Part shown: positions 11,145 to 21,583 of the stretch, piece by piece | How positions within the stretch are numbered: position 1 is the stretch's first letter | Layout: the number at the start of each line of letters is the position of its first letter | Assembly: GCF_964213995.1 (NCBI RefSeq) | Contig: NW_027590197.1 | Coordinates: 744,001 to 779,552 of the forward strand | Length of the DNA: 35,552 nt | Direction: 5' to 3' | Origin: Mustelus asterias | Lineage: Eukaryota | Translations under genes and position numbers: made by a program | Notes under the pieces: generated by a model | Databases searched by the model: none | What the model saw: only the letters and a program-made list of their open reading frames with translations | What the model was told of the DNA's origin: nothing

Positions 11145-11410
11145 AAAGTTAAAAGTTAAATTTATTTATTAGTCGCAAGTAAGGCTTACATTAACACTGC
11201 AATGAAGTTACTGTGAAATTCCCCGAGTCGCCACAGTCCGGCACCTGTTCAGGTCAATGCACCTAAACAGCGCATCTTTCAGACTGTGGGAGGAAACCAG
11301 AGCACCCGGAAGAAACCCACACAGACACGGGGAGAATGTGCAGACTCCACACAGACAGTGACCCAAGCTGGGAATTGAACCCGGGTCCCTGGCGCTGTGA
11401 GGCAGCAGTG
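11145..11410 (-). mobile_element. HE1-like V-SINE
   Basis: gactgtgggaggaaaccagagcacccggaagaaacccac... reverse-strand V-domain. Confidence 0.9.
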
Positions 11411-11594
11411 CAGACAGACAGTCAAGAAATCATCAATTCCACTCCCACCCGGAGCTATGGGGATATATTTATACATTATCTCATTTCACAATAAAACCCA
11501 CACACTGAGTTTCTGATTTGCTTCTGTTATTATTTTGGTGCCCAGCAGGTGGTCTCAGTGTGTGTGTGCGTGCGTGTGCGCATGAGTGCAGAAA

Positions 11595-11760
11595 GATAGA
11601 AACTAGAAGCAGGAGTAGGCCATTCGGCCCTCCGAGCCTGCCCCACCATTCATTTTGATCATGGCTGATCATCGAATTCAATATCCTGATTCCCCCCTTC
11701 CTCCCATATCCCTTGATCCCTTTAGTCACATGATCTATATCTAATTACTTCTTGAAATCA
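11595..11760 (-). mobile_element. CR1 3'-end fragment
   Basis: gaagcaggagtaggccattcggccc...gatcatggctgatc is the reverse complement of the CR1 tail. Confidence 0.75.
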
Positions 11761-11828
11761 TATATGCGTGTCTGTGAATGTATTTGTGCATCTGTGAGTT
11801 TGTCTGTATCTAGAATCATAGACGATTG

Positions 11829-11917
11829 ACTCACCTGATGAAGGAGCAGCGCTCCAAAAACTTGTGATACCAAATAAACCTGTTGGATTTTAACCTGGTG
11901 ATGTGAGACTTCTAACT
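11829..11917 (+). mobile_element. Penelope-type repeat, family 1, with an inactivated hammerhead motif (11831-11867)
   Basis: TCAC-CTGATGA-A-GGAGC(agc)GCTCC-AAAA-AC-T-T-GTGA (GAAA>AAAA), then accaaataaacctgttgga. Confidence 0.75.
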
Positions 11918-11918
11918 C

Positions 11919-12238
11919 GAATCATAGAATCCAACAGTGGAGAAGGTGGCCATTCGGCCCATCGAGTCTGCATGACCACAATCCTATTCAGGCCCTATCC
12001 CCTTAACGCCATGCATTTACCCTAGCTAGTCCCCCTGACACTAAGGGGCAATTTAGCATGGCCAATCCACATAACCCGCCCATCTTTGATCTGTGGGAGG
12101 AAACTGGAGCATCCAGAGGGAACCCACGCAGACACGGGGAGAATGTGCAAACTCCACACAGACAGTGACCTGAAACTTGAATCGAACCCGGGTCCCTGGC
12201 GCTGTGAGGCAGCGGTGCTAAGCACTATGCCACAACGC
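11919..12238 (-). mobile_element. HE1-like V-SINE, near full length
   Basis: Reverse-strand head, V-domain and tail. Confidence 0.9.
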
Positions 12239-12240
12239 AG

Positions 12241-12516
12241 TAATCCAGGGAACTGGATTAATTGTTGGATTACACAGTGATATGTTACAGAGCAGGAATC
12301 CAGGGGAACTGGATTAATTGTTAGATTACACAGTGATATGTTACAGAGCATTAATCCAGGAGAACTGGATTAATTGTTAGATTACACAGTGATATGTTAC
12401 AGAGCAGAAATCCAGGAGAACTGGATTAATTGTTAGATTACACAGTGATATGTTACAGAGCAGTAATCCAGGAGAACTGGATTAATTGTTAGATTACACA
12501 GTGATATGTTACAGAG
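12241..12516. repeat. 56-bp minisatellite, 5 copies
   Basis: Unit aatccaggagaactggattaattgttagattacacagtgatatgttacagagcagt starting at 12242, 12297, 12353, 12409 and 12465. Confidence 0.95.
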
Positions 12517-12619
12517 TCTTAAAATCTGAAATAAAACAGTCAATGTCACAAATAGTCAACAGGCCCAGCAGCTTCTATGGAGGCAGAAACAGAGTGAAAC
12601 ATACAGCCAAACATCCATA

Positions 12620-12865
12620 TGAATGAGGAGCAGCAGTGGACCATTGGGCCCCTCTGCTCCAGCATTTGACAAGATCCCGACTGATCTGATTGAGGTCAGA
12701 ACTCCACATTTCTGTCTCCCCCCAAATCCTGACTCTCTTGTCAATCAGGAATCCATTTATTCAGCCTTAAAAATATTCAATGACTCTGTCTCCACTCCTC
12801 TCTGGGGAAGAGAATTCCACAGACCAAAGACCCTCTGAGAGAGAGAGAAAAATCTCGTTCTCTCT
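12620..12865 (-). mobile_element. Degenerate CR1 3'-end fragment
   Basis: ggggaagagaattccacaga...accctctgagagaga..aaat is the reverse complement of the FSQRV..LWNSLP region. Confidence 0.7.
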
Positions 12866-12921
12866 GTCCCTAACGTTTCAAGTCCAATGCGCTCTCCAGA
12901 GCCACACAAAGAAAATCAGGA

Positions 12922-13058
12922 TAAAAGCAAATTACTGTGAATGCTGGAATCTGAAACCAAAAGAGAAAATGCTGGAAAATCCCAGCAGGTCTGGCAGCAT
13001 CCGTCAGGAGAGAAAAGTGCTGACGTTTCGAGTCCAGATGACCCTTTGTCAAAGACTG
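12922..13058 (-). mobile_element. Penelope-type short element, family 2, degenerate hammerhead
   Basis: Reverse complement reads ttgacaa-a-gggtc(atctg)gactc-gaaa-cg-tc-agc...gatgctgccagacctgctg. Confidence 0.65.
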
Positions 13059-13199
13059 ACCTCTGAAGAATTGAGAGAGAGAGGAGACAAAATGAAAGAT
13101 CTGCAAACTGACAAATGTTTCATGGCCCAAGACCAAAGCGAGTTGTAATGGGACAAGTAAAGACACAAAAGATGTTCTGGATGAGGTGTGAATAGCCGG

Positions 13200-13467
13200 T
13201 GAGCAATAGTCTGGGGAGTAGGTACAGAGGAGATGTCAGGGGTAAGTTTTTCACTCAGAGGGTGGTGGGTAGTGGAATCGGCTGCCGTCAGTGGTGGTGC
13301 AGGCAAACTCAATACGGTCTTTTAAGAGACTTCTCGATGAGTACATGGAACTTAATAGGATTGAGGGTGATAGGTAAGCCTATATATAAGCCTAGGTAGG
13401 TAGGGACATGACCGGCGCAACTTGTGGGCCGAAAGGCCTGTTTGTGCTGTATTTTTTTCTATGTTCT
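13200..13467 (+). mobile_element. CR1 3'-end fragment
   Basis: RYRGDVRGKFFTQRVV motif; tail ttctatgttcta. Confidence 0.8.
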
Positions 13468-13922
13468 AAAAAACTCAATCAAATTTGTGAGACATGATTT
13501 TCCACTCACAAAGCCATGCTGTCCCGAATCAGTCCTTCCATCTCTAAATGCCTGTAGATCCTGTCTCTCAAAATATCTTTGAGCAACTTAGCCACTGCAG
13601 ATGTGAGGCCCACCCACCAGCCTGTAGTTCCCAGACTTTTCCCTGCAGCCCTTCTTAAACAAAGGCACAACATTTGCCACCGTCCAATCTTCAGGCACCT
13701 CACCTGTGACTATCGATGATTCAAATATCTCTGCTCGGAGATCCGCAATTTCCTCTCTAGCCTCCCACAATGTCCTGGGATACACTTCAGCAGGTCCCCG
13801 GGATTTATCTACCTTGATGCACTTTAAGACTTCCAGCACCTCCTTCTCTGTTATATGTACACTCCTCAAGACATCACTATTTATTTCCTCAAGTTCCCTA
13901 ACATCCATGCTTTTCTCAACAA
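13468..13922 (-). mobile_element. CR1 internal ORF2 fragment, same subfamily as 33795-34250
   Basis: KVDKSRGPAEVYPRTLWEAREEI...ANVVPLFKKG, near-identical to the terminal LINE of this window. Confidence 0.9.
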
Positions 13923-13934
13923 AGGATTTCTCAA

Positions 13935-14558
13935 AGGATTGTGAATGAAGCCCAGTCCATTGCGCAAACCCGCCTCCCATCCATTGACTCTGTGTACACA
14001 TCCGGCTGCCTCGGAAAAGCAGCCAGCATAATCAACCCTCGCACCCCGGACATTCACTCTTCCACCTATTTCCTTTGGGAAATGAAACAAAAGTCTGAGC
14101 TCACGTACCAACCAACTCAAGAACAGCTTCTTTCCTGTTGCCGTCAGACTTTTGATTGGACCTATCTCGCACTAAGTTAATCTTTCTGTCCACCTTAGCT
14201 ATGACTGTAACACTAAGAACATAAGAAATAGGAGCAGGAGTAGGCCATCTGGCCCTTCGAGCCTGCCCCGCCATTCAACAAGATCATGGCTGATCTGAAG
14301 CGAATCAGTTCCACTTACCCGCCTGCTCCCCATAACCCCTAATTCCCTTATCGATCAGAAAACTATCTACCCGTGATTTAAACATATTCAACGAGGAAGC
14401 CTCCACCACTTCAATGGGCAGAGAATTCCAGAGATTCATTACATCCTGCACTCTCTCCTTTCCTTCTCTATGAACTGTATGCCTTGTCTTGATAGTGTGC
14501 AAGAAACAATTCTTTTCACTGTATACTAGTACATGTGACAATAATAAATCTAATCAAG
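13935..14558 (+). mobile_element. Rex1/Babar-like LINE 3' end, interrupted by an inverted CR1 tail (about 14214-14440)
   Basis: LPSIDSVYTSGCLGKAASII and LKNSFFP.AVRLL motifs; ends aataataaatctaatcaa. Confidence 0.6.
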
Positions 14559-14559
14559 T

Positions 14560-14808
14560 GCATCCTCTGATCTTGTGGAAGGGTGGGGAAGAAATTGCAG
14601 AGGCTCTTGCAGAGATATTTGCTTCATCCCTTTCCACTGGTGAAGTTCTGGAAGACTAGAGTGTGGCTAATGTTGTTCCGTTGTTTAAGAAGGGTTGCAA
14701 AGAGAAGCCTGGTAATTACAGGTCGGTGAACCTGACAACAGTGGCGGGTAAGTTACTGGAGAGGATTCTGGCCAACCTTTGGATAATCAAGGTCTGGTTA
14801 GGGATAGT
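14560..14808 (+). mobile_element. CR1 internal ORF2 fragment
   Basis: EEIAEALAEIFASSLSTGEV.ED*SVANVVPLFKKG.KEKPGNYR. Confidence 0.8.
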
Positions 14809-15416
14809 TGTCAGAGATCCTGGGTACCAGCAACTTTAGGCATTCTTAGTCGACTTGAGTACAAACAGCACTGGACACCAGGCATAATCCAATGTGGGGC
14901 CTTTAATGACTTGTGCACAAGGAGAAACCCTGTGCAGCTGTCCCGCAAGTGGTTCTGATGTTACAGAAAAATAACTTGGCAATAATAGTCAATTACAGCA
15001 AATCAGAAACCAGGAATGTTTCTAATCCTTCATTGACGGACATATTCGCCAATTAAATCCTAGCTTTTCGCCCTTTCGCGTTCAAAATTGACTTCTGCTA
15101 ATCTTTTATTTGCATAGCATATCCCCATATCTCGCCTTTGGTATTTGTTATGGAGAAATCTCGTCTTGCTCACCCTCTGGTGAAGGCCGAAAAGCAGAAT
15201 GTTCTGGGGCCTACGTCAGTGAAGATTAGCCTGTTCATGCTGAAATAGCAGACACTGACTCCTTTGAAGGTCTGCAAGCCGATAAACATTTTCACGAGCT
15301 GTTAAAGAGAAGGCAGGAAACTTTAATCTGAGCATTTCCACATAGTCAGCACTGCTTCGTGCATGTGTTAGAGTGGGCCAAGGCTGAGGCAGCTGTCGTA
15401 TATATATTTATAGAGT

Positions 15417-15593
15417 GAGAATAGACTAACATTTCGAGTCTGGATGACCCTTTGTCAGAGCTCTGATGAAGGGTCATCCAGACTTTAAATGTTGGCTCTA
15501 TTCTCTCTCCACAGATGCTGTCAGACCTGCTGACATTTTCCAGCATTTTCTGTTTTTGTTTCAGATTCCAGCATCCGCAATATTTTGCTTTTA
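15417..15593 (+). mobile_element. Penelope-type short element, family 2, with a palindrome (15417-15505) of two degenerate hammerheads
   Basis: Centre agag|ctct at 15460/15461; right arm ctgatga-a-gggtc(atcca)gactt-taaa; homologous to 4269-4446. Confidence 0.7.
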
Positions 15594-15891
15594 TCTGTAT
15601 TTATATATCCAAATGTGCTATGTTAACAAAATGGACCGTTACTAACCGTAATATAAAGCATCATGTGATTTAGCTGACTTGACCATATTCCTATAGTTAT
15701 TCAGTCATTAAAGACACAGTCATGGAGCATTAAACTTGCCGAGCAGGGCCCCTTGTATCAACACACAGGCAGCTGCTTTGTGAGACTGCTGGCAGCACAG
15801 ACAAGTCAGAGATTAGAGTGTCTTGAGAAGAGAGATTCATTGTGAAAGCTCAGGGACGGTTGATAAGATGTAGCAATTCTATGATTCTAAT

Positions 15892-16048
15892 GAACATTCT
15901 TTCCTCTCATTCCCCAAAAGCTGTGAATCTCCATCCCACACACTCTCCCTCCATTCTCACTCTGCTGTATCTAATACTCACCCTCCCAATTCTCCTGAAG
16001 GTGCTGATTGAGGCTGATTGACAGATCCATGCTCACTGCTTCCTGTCC
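15892..16048 (-). repeat. Inverted 5' half of the ZNF upstream cassette, unit 3
   Basis: Reverse complement of about 1687-1845 and 27735-27893. Confidence 0.9.
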
Positions 16049-16627
16049 ACCACACACAAATCATAAGAAACAGGAGCTGCAGTTGGCCATTCAGCCCATC
16101 GAATTGCCTCAACCATTCATTGAGAATTGGCTGATCTACCGCAGCATCATTTCCCACGCTATCCCCCAGATAGAGAGAGAATAGAGCCAATGTTTGGAGT
16201 CTGGAGAGAGGAAAGAATGTTCCATAGAAACTAGAATTGCGTGTTCTGAATTTCCATCCTGCACTGACACTGATGACCTCTGTAAACTTGTTTTACAGGA
16301 TACTGAAAGAGGAATCACAGGCTGAAATCTCAAACGTCACATCTAGATCTGACAGAGTCACATTCCTTGGGACCTGAATATCATCGGCCTTTGAATCGAG
16401 GAGAAATGGTTGTCCGGTCTGATGACTTGAAAAGATTTCAAACATCAGTGACTGGAAAAGTGCCAACACACTGCCAGACTGGAGTGAGTGTGTTCCAGTG
16501 CACTGAGCTTGAACCAGTTACACAGCCTGAATAAATATCACACCATTCACAGCGGTGGGGAGGGGCGGGGACTGTTCTGTGTGTGGACGAGTCTTCAACT
16601 GAAGAGAGAGGAAAGGACACCTGCACC

Positions 16628-17638
16628 ATGGAGAAACCATGGAAATGTGGGGACTGTGGGAAAAGATACAAAGTCCCATCCCTGCTGGAAGCTCATCGGC
16701 GCAGCCACACTGGGGAGAGACCATTTACTTGCTCTCAGTGTGGGGAGGGATTCACTCGGGTATCCCATCTGCAGAGACACCAGCGAGTTCACACTGGGGA
16801 GAAACCGTTCACCTGCTCTCAGTGTGAGAAGGGATTCACTGATTTATCCACCCTGCGGACGCACCAGCGAGTTCACACTGGGGAGAGGCCGTTCACCTGC
16901 TCTCAGTGTGAGAAGGGGTTCAGTCAATTATCTAACCTGCAGACACACCAGCGAGTTCACACTGGGGAGAGGCCGTTCACTTGCTCTCAGTGTGAGAAGG
17001 GATTCACTGATTTATCCACCCTGCGGACGCACCAGCGAGTTCACACTGGGGAGAGGCCGTTCACCTGCTCTCAGTGTGAGAAGGGGTTCAGTCAATTATC
17101 TAACCTGCAGAGACACCAGCGAGTTCACACTGGGGAGACACCGTTCACCTGCTCTCAGTGTGGGAAGGGATTCACTCGGTCATCCAGCCTGCAGGCACAC
17201 CAGCGAGTTCACACTGGGGAGAAGCCGTTCACCTGCTCTCAGTGTGAGAAGGGATTCACTGATATTTCCACCCTGCGGAAACACCAGCGAGTTCACACTG
17301 GGGAGAGGCCGTTCACCTGCTCTCAGTGTGAGAAAGGGTTCAGTCAATTAGCTAACCTGCAGAGACACCAGCGAGTTCACACAGGGGAGAGACCTTTCAC
17401 CTGCTCTCAGTGTGGGAAGGGATTCACTGATTTATCCACTCTGCGGAGACACCAGCGAGTTCACACTGGGGAGTGGCCATTCACCTGCTCTCAGTGTGGG
17501 AAGGGATTCACTGATTTATTCACCCTGCGGTGTCACCAGCGAGTTCACACTGGGGAGAGGCCGTTCACCTGCTCTCAGTGTGGGAAGGGATTCATAGTTT
17601 CATCCCAGCTGCTGAAACACCAGCGAGTTCACGAGTGA
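16628..17638 (+). CDS. C2H2 zinc-finger protein unit 3 (12 fingers, homogenised 84-bp array)
   Basis: accATGg start; 12 intact fingers, 11 with FTCSQC; acceptor ttttacag at 16298. Confidence 0.9.
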   Translation: MEKPWKCGDCGKRYKVPSLLEAHRRSHTGERPFTCSQCGEGFTRVSHLQRHQRVHTGEKPFTCSQCEKGFTDLSTLRTHQRVHTGERPFTCSQCEKGFSQLSNLQTHQRVHTGERPFTCSQCEKGFTDLSTLRTHQRVHTGERPFTCSQCEKGFSQLSNLQRHQRVHTGETPFTCSQCGKGFTRSSSLQAHQRVHTGEKPFTCSQCEKGFTDISTLRKHQRVHTGERPFTCSQCEKGFSQLANLQRHQRVHTGERPFTCSQCGKGFTDLSTLRRHQRVHTGEWPFTCSQCGKGFTDLFTLRCHQRVHTGERPFTCSQCGKGFIVSSQLLKHQRVHE

Positions 17639-18893
17639 TTCCAGGGGTTGGATTCTGCTGTTATTCTTTCTGCTCTCAATTACATCCAGGACTGCATTTT
17701 GTTCATTCTCACAGTTGGTCAATGGGGAGGGTCGGAGGGTTTCTTTCTGTTGGACTGGCCGGTCTCATGTCTTTGCCTCCAGTGGGCTGATGCTCTTTGA
17801 GTCTTGTTGCGAATACCTGGTTTCAAATTTCACACGGATCACAGAGTGACAGGGTGTTAGGAAGTTAAGAGTCACTATTTCTGTTTGAAACTCCCCCAGA
17901 TGCCCATCCAATTTCCTTTGTAATTGTTTATTGTCTCCACTTCCTCGACCCTCGTAGGCAGCGAGTTCCAGGTCATTACCATTCACTGCATCAAAATATT
18001 CTTCCTCACATCCCGCCTTCCTCTCTGACCCAAAACCATAAACCTGTGTCCCTCTCATCCTTGTCCCGTCAGCTAATGGGAACAGCTTTTCTTTGTCCAC
18101 CTTATCTAAACCTGTCAGAATCTTGTCCACCTCTATCAAATCTCCCCTCAACCTCCTTTGCTCCAAGGAGAACAACCCCAGCCTGTCATTGACAATAAAG
18201 AACAAACGAACAGAATATGTTAATACCTGAAATCAAATGGGAATGTTTAATTTCTGATTTAAAGAAATCATGAATATATTGTCACGTACAATAAAGGGAT
18301 TTGAATAACTCAGCTTGGGTGCAGTTGAATGAAATGTATCAATCTCGTATCCACCCACAGTCTAGAGGAAGTATGGAATGTGTAGCTGGAAATCCCTCCC
18401 TAACAGCACTGTGGGTGTACTTACACCTTCGGCATTATAGCAGTTCAGGAAGGCAGTGTTGGCGCTGATCGTGGCCGAGGCAGCTACAGACAGCCACATA
18501 TCCTGTTATAACTGAAGGACTGCAGATTAAATGCGAGGCATTGTGGGACATGACTATCTTGACCACATTCCTGTGACTGCTCAGTTTCTGCAATCATGAA
18601 CCATTAAAGCTGCTTAGCAGGGCTCTGAAAGAGGACCTGGTGAGAATATTTACTCATAATGAGTTAGAATTAAACTTATCCCAGGACCGGCTGGTGTTCA
18701 GTGGCTGAGATTCCTGAATGTGTAAAAAGGGGGTCTGATCAATCAACAAACAGTGGTAGGTAGTTAGTTAAGAAGCGTTCTCATGCATTATTTGAATTAT
18801 TTTATCATAAATTTGTGATCAGAACTGTGAGGGACTTGTAACCCAATAGTTGTTGAATTGACGGTAAACTCCAAGTAGCACTGGACTGAAAAG
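17630..18893 (+). repeat. Segmental duplicate of 2857-4127
   Basis: Colinear similarity including the same inverted CR1 fragment (about 17880-18185). Confidence 0.9.
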
Positions 18894-18949
18894 GGGGTCT
18901 GACCAAGAAGTGAAGTGATCTCAAGGCATTGTTTAAATTACATCATCAT

Positions 18950-19260
18950 TGGCCAACTTCCCCTTTGTGATGTCACAGTGGAGCCATCCTTGAATCAGCC
19001 AATAGGAATCACTCTGCTCCGCGGTGACGCCCCGGGTTCCAGTGAGCAGGCCCGGGCGCGCGGACCCGGGAGCCCCGCCCCCACCCATCGTTCCCCTCCC
19101 CCTGCACCACATCGAGCTAAGGTTTCCAGGCTGGCGGCTCCGGCCAGAGTGAGAAGCCGCTCGGTGATCTCCCCCTCCCCCCGGCCCGGGACTGCGCATG
19201 TCCAAGGGAGGGGGAAGCTGCGAATTGCAGGGCAGATCCTGCCCCCTGACCTTCTGAGGT
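18950..19260. promoter_or_regulatory. CpG-island/promoter-like region
   Basis: CCAAT (cagccaatagg ~18999), tgtgatgtcaca, GC-rich tract, NRF1-like actgcgcatg (19191). Confidence 0.45.
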
Positions 19261-19394
19261 GTTGATTAATAGGAAGAGTTGAAGGACCGGAAGGACTCTG
19301 GTCCTCCAGCTGATCAGAGCGCGGGCTTTGCGTGAATGAAGATTGAGCTTCAGACAGACTGAAACTTCCTCCTGTCTCCAACATCAGAGAGGTT

Positions 19395-19467
19395 GTTTCT
19401 GTAGTGAAGTGGTTGTCACGTTTGCCTGACACGCGAAAGGTCCCCGGGTCAGAACCGGGCAGGAATG
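19395..19467 (+). tRNA. tRNA-Val-derived gene with anticodon GAC, probable pseudogene
   Basis: Aligns without gaps over 73 nt to the vertebrate tRNA-Val(AAC/CAC) consensus. Anticodon GAC at 19428-19430. B-box altered (GGGTCAGAACC). Confidence 0.85.
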
Positions 19468-19522
19468 TTAATTTGTTAATTCCAGCATCTGAAAGTGGGA
19501 AGGGGGAGGAAGGTGAGCTGTT

Positions 19523-19620
19523 GCCTGCCTGCCTGCTGTCCGGCCTGCCTGCCGTCTGGCCTGCCTGCCGTCTGGCCTGCCTGCCTGCCGTCTGGCCTGC
19601 CTGTCTTCCGTCCGTCCGCC
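19523..19620. repeat. (GCCT)n-derived compound microsatellite (GCCTGCCTGCCGTCTG units)
   Basis: Visible directly in the sequence. Confidence 0.9.
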
Positions 19621-20091
19621 CACTGGAGGGTGCTCTCTCCCTGGAGGGAGAGAGGACACGGAGTGAGTTTCTTTCTTTTTTCTTTCCATCTATGGGAGGG
19701 AGGACTGCATGTTTCAACATCGAGGGACTGAGTGGTTGGGCTGGTGCCCTCATCATCAGAAGGTCGGTGCCTGAAAGGGATGGGGGGGGGGGTGAAGTAA
19801 ATTCAGACTGTTTTTTCCATCTGCGGGCGGGCGGGGTGAAGACACCCCGGACTTGAACTGTTTGCGCCCAAAAGGGCTGGAGGAGTAAAGTCCCCCACCC
19901 ACTGCTGCTGCCCCCAACACCGGCACCCCCTCCCCTCTTTCCCCCTGACTGGGGCACCGGCCCCCCTCCGTGCCTTGTCCCTCGTCCTCCCTCCTGCTCC
20001 TCCGACCTCCTCTCTCGCTCCGGGGAGAGAGCACCTAGATCCCCATCCACCTACCCTACCCTACCCTCCCTTATTTTTCCCTCCTCTTATA

Positions 20092-20331
20092 CGCCCTGCC
20101 GTGGCAGAGCCTTCTCGGCCCACCTATGCGGGCGTGGCAGCTGCCAGAGCCCCCGCCGCTCCCAAGGCCCTGCCACCTTTTTCGTTGCTCACGCGGCAGC
20201 TCGGGGTGAAGTGCTACGCCCACCCCGACATGTCCATCGAGGCCTGTGTCAAGGCAATGGCTGGGGTTGTCGGCCCCTCAGCCATTGTCGCGGCCTCTAA
20301 GATGTCCGGCCGGGCCGTATTCTTTTTGAAG
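20092..20331 (+). mobile_element. Tx1-clade non-LTR retrotransposon ORF1 N-terminal fragment (5' UTR probably extends upstream towards 19500)
   Basis: TYAGVAA...LTRQLGVKC...SIEACVKAMAGVVGPSAIVAASKMSGRAVFFLK resembles Xenopus Tx1 ORF1 (VVGPSAIVAASKM motif, recalled). Similarity stops abruptly at 20331. Confidence 0.8.
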
Positions 20332-20339
20332 GCCACCCA

Positions 20340-20770
20340 CCCGCCACATTTATCATTCCCCGCGCGCCGCCCTCTACCTTGTATTGTTCTCGCTTCCAAG
20401 TTGAAACCGTCCGTCCGCCGCCGCCGCCATTACCCGCACTGCGCATGCTTCAGGTCCCGCCCCTCATTCACTCCGATTGGTTGGAGGACCAGCCGCTCCC
20501 GCTCGGTCCTCCAGTCCCGCCCCCTCTTCCTATTGGTCCGGAGCTGGCGTCAATCAGCGCCCGGGCATTGTGATGTGGAGCATGCGCAGTGTCATTGCTG
20601 TCCTTGGCGCTTGTTTGTCCCGGAGAAGCGGAGTCAGCGTTAGGCGGTGGCTGGGAGGATTTGGAAACACTTTGTGGATCCGCAAACCCTTCAGAATCAT
20701 TGTCAGCTCCCTGGTTTGCAGCTGCGGGGCTTCTCCCTCCCTCCCTCCCGGGAACAGACCCAGGTTAACG
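20340..20770 (+). promoter_or_regulatory. CpG-island promoter/first exon, probably of ZNF unit 4
   Basis: Two ATTGG (reverse CCAAT) boxes, each next to a tcccgcccc GC box (20455-20540); NRF1-type tgcgcatgc (20440) and gcatgcgca (20580). Confidence 0.65.
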
Positions 20771-21583
20771 GCCCCATCCTGGCTCAGCCACTGGAGGATG
20801 GTTCACATCAGAGGATGGGGGAGGGGGACAATAAATAAGAGGTTACACTTTGGCCTCAGATCAATGAGGACTCTGATCTCTGGGAAGGAAGGAAACCCTG
20901 GGAGGTGGGCGGGGAGGATTCACAAACACCCGCTGGAGGCCCCAACACCCCCAATAAGACCCATTGGTTTTATTGTCAGTCTGCAGACAGGAGCTGGAGA
21001 ACTGAACCCAGACAGAGGAGAGGGAGGGAGAAAACTGGGAGTGGAGGAAAGAAATGGTGAGATGGATTTGGATTTCAGCCCAGGGAGGAGGGAGAGTGTG
21101 TGGGACGGAGATTTACAGATTTGGGGGAACAAGAGAGGAAAAAATGTTCCAGACGAACTAGAATTGTCTGTTCAGAGTTTCTATCGTGTTCTGACAGTGA
21201 TGACTTTTCTAAACTGTTTTTACAGGATATTGGAAGTGAAAGATTGGCAGACAGAAAATTCAAACCGGACATCACATCTGACAAAGTCATTCAGTTCCTT
21301 CGGAGCTGAATATCATTGGTCTTTGAATATAGAAAGAGAAATATTTGTCTGTTCTGCCTGTGGGCAAAGAAATTAAACATCAGTGTGACCGGAAAAGCAT
21401 TGAGACAAACACACACCCGAGTGAGAGTGTTCCAGTGAACTGAATGTGGAAAGAGCTTTAACCAGTTACACAGCCTGAAAAAACATCACAGTTCACAGCA
21501 GGGTGAAACTACGTGTATGTTGTGTGTGTGGATGAGGCTTGAACTGATCATCCAACCTGGAGAAACACAAGGACACCCGCACC

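Noticed and set aside
12241-12516. CRISPR-like array (repeat with internal hairpin)
   Set aside because: Units are contiguous and near-identical with no unique spacers; eukaryotic context; no cas genes.
16488-17351. Alternative-frame ORFs over ZNF arrays (also 2553-3065, 22114-22446, 28447-28803)
   Set aside because: By-products of 84-bp repeats lacking stops in shifted frames.
16583-17638. PRDM9 orthologue
   Set aside because: No KRAB, SSXRD or PR/SET exon was recognised; only the array pattern is similar.
18995-20050. 351-aa minus-strand ORF
   Set aside because: Runs through a CpG island, the antisense tRNA and a microsatellite; low complexity and no domain.
20477-21376. 299-aa plus-strand ORF upstream of ZNF unit 4
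   Set aside because: Non-ATG start, crosses promoter and intron cassette, and stops before the finger ORF. Only its last part is relic finger-exon sequence.
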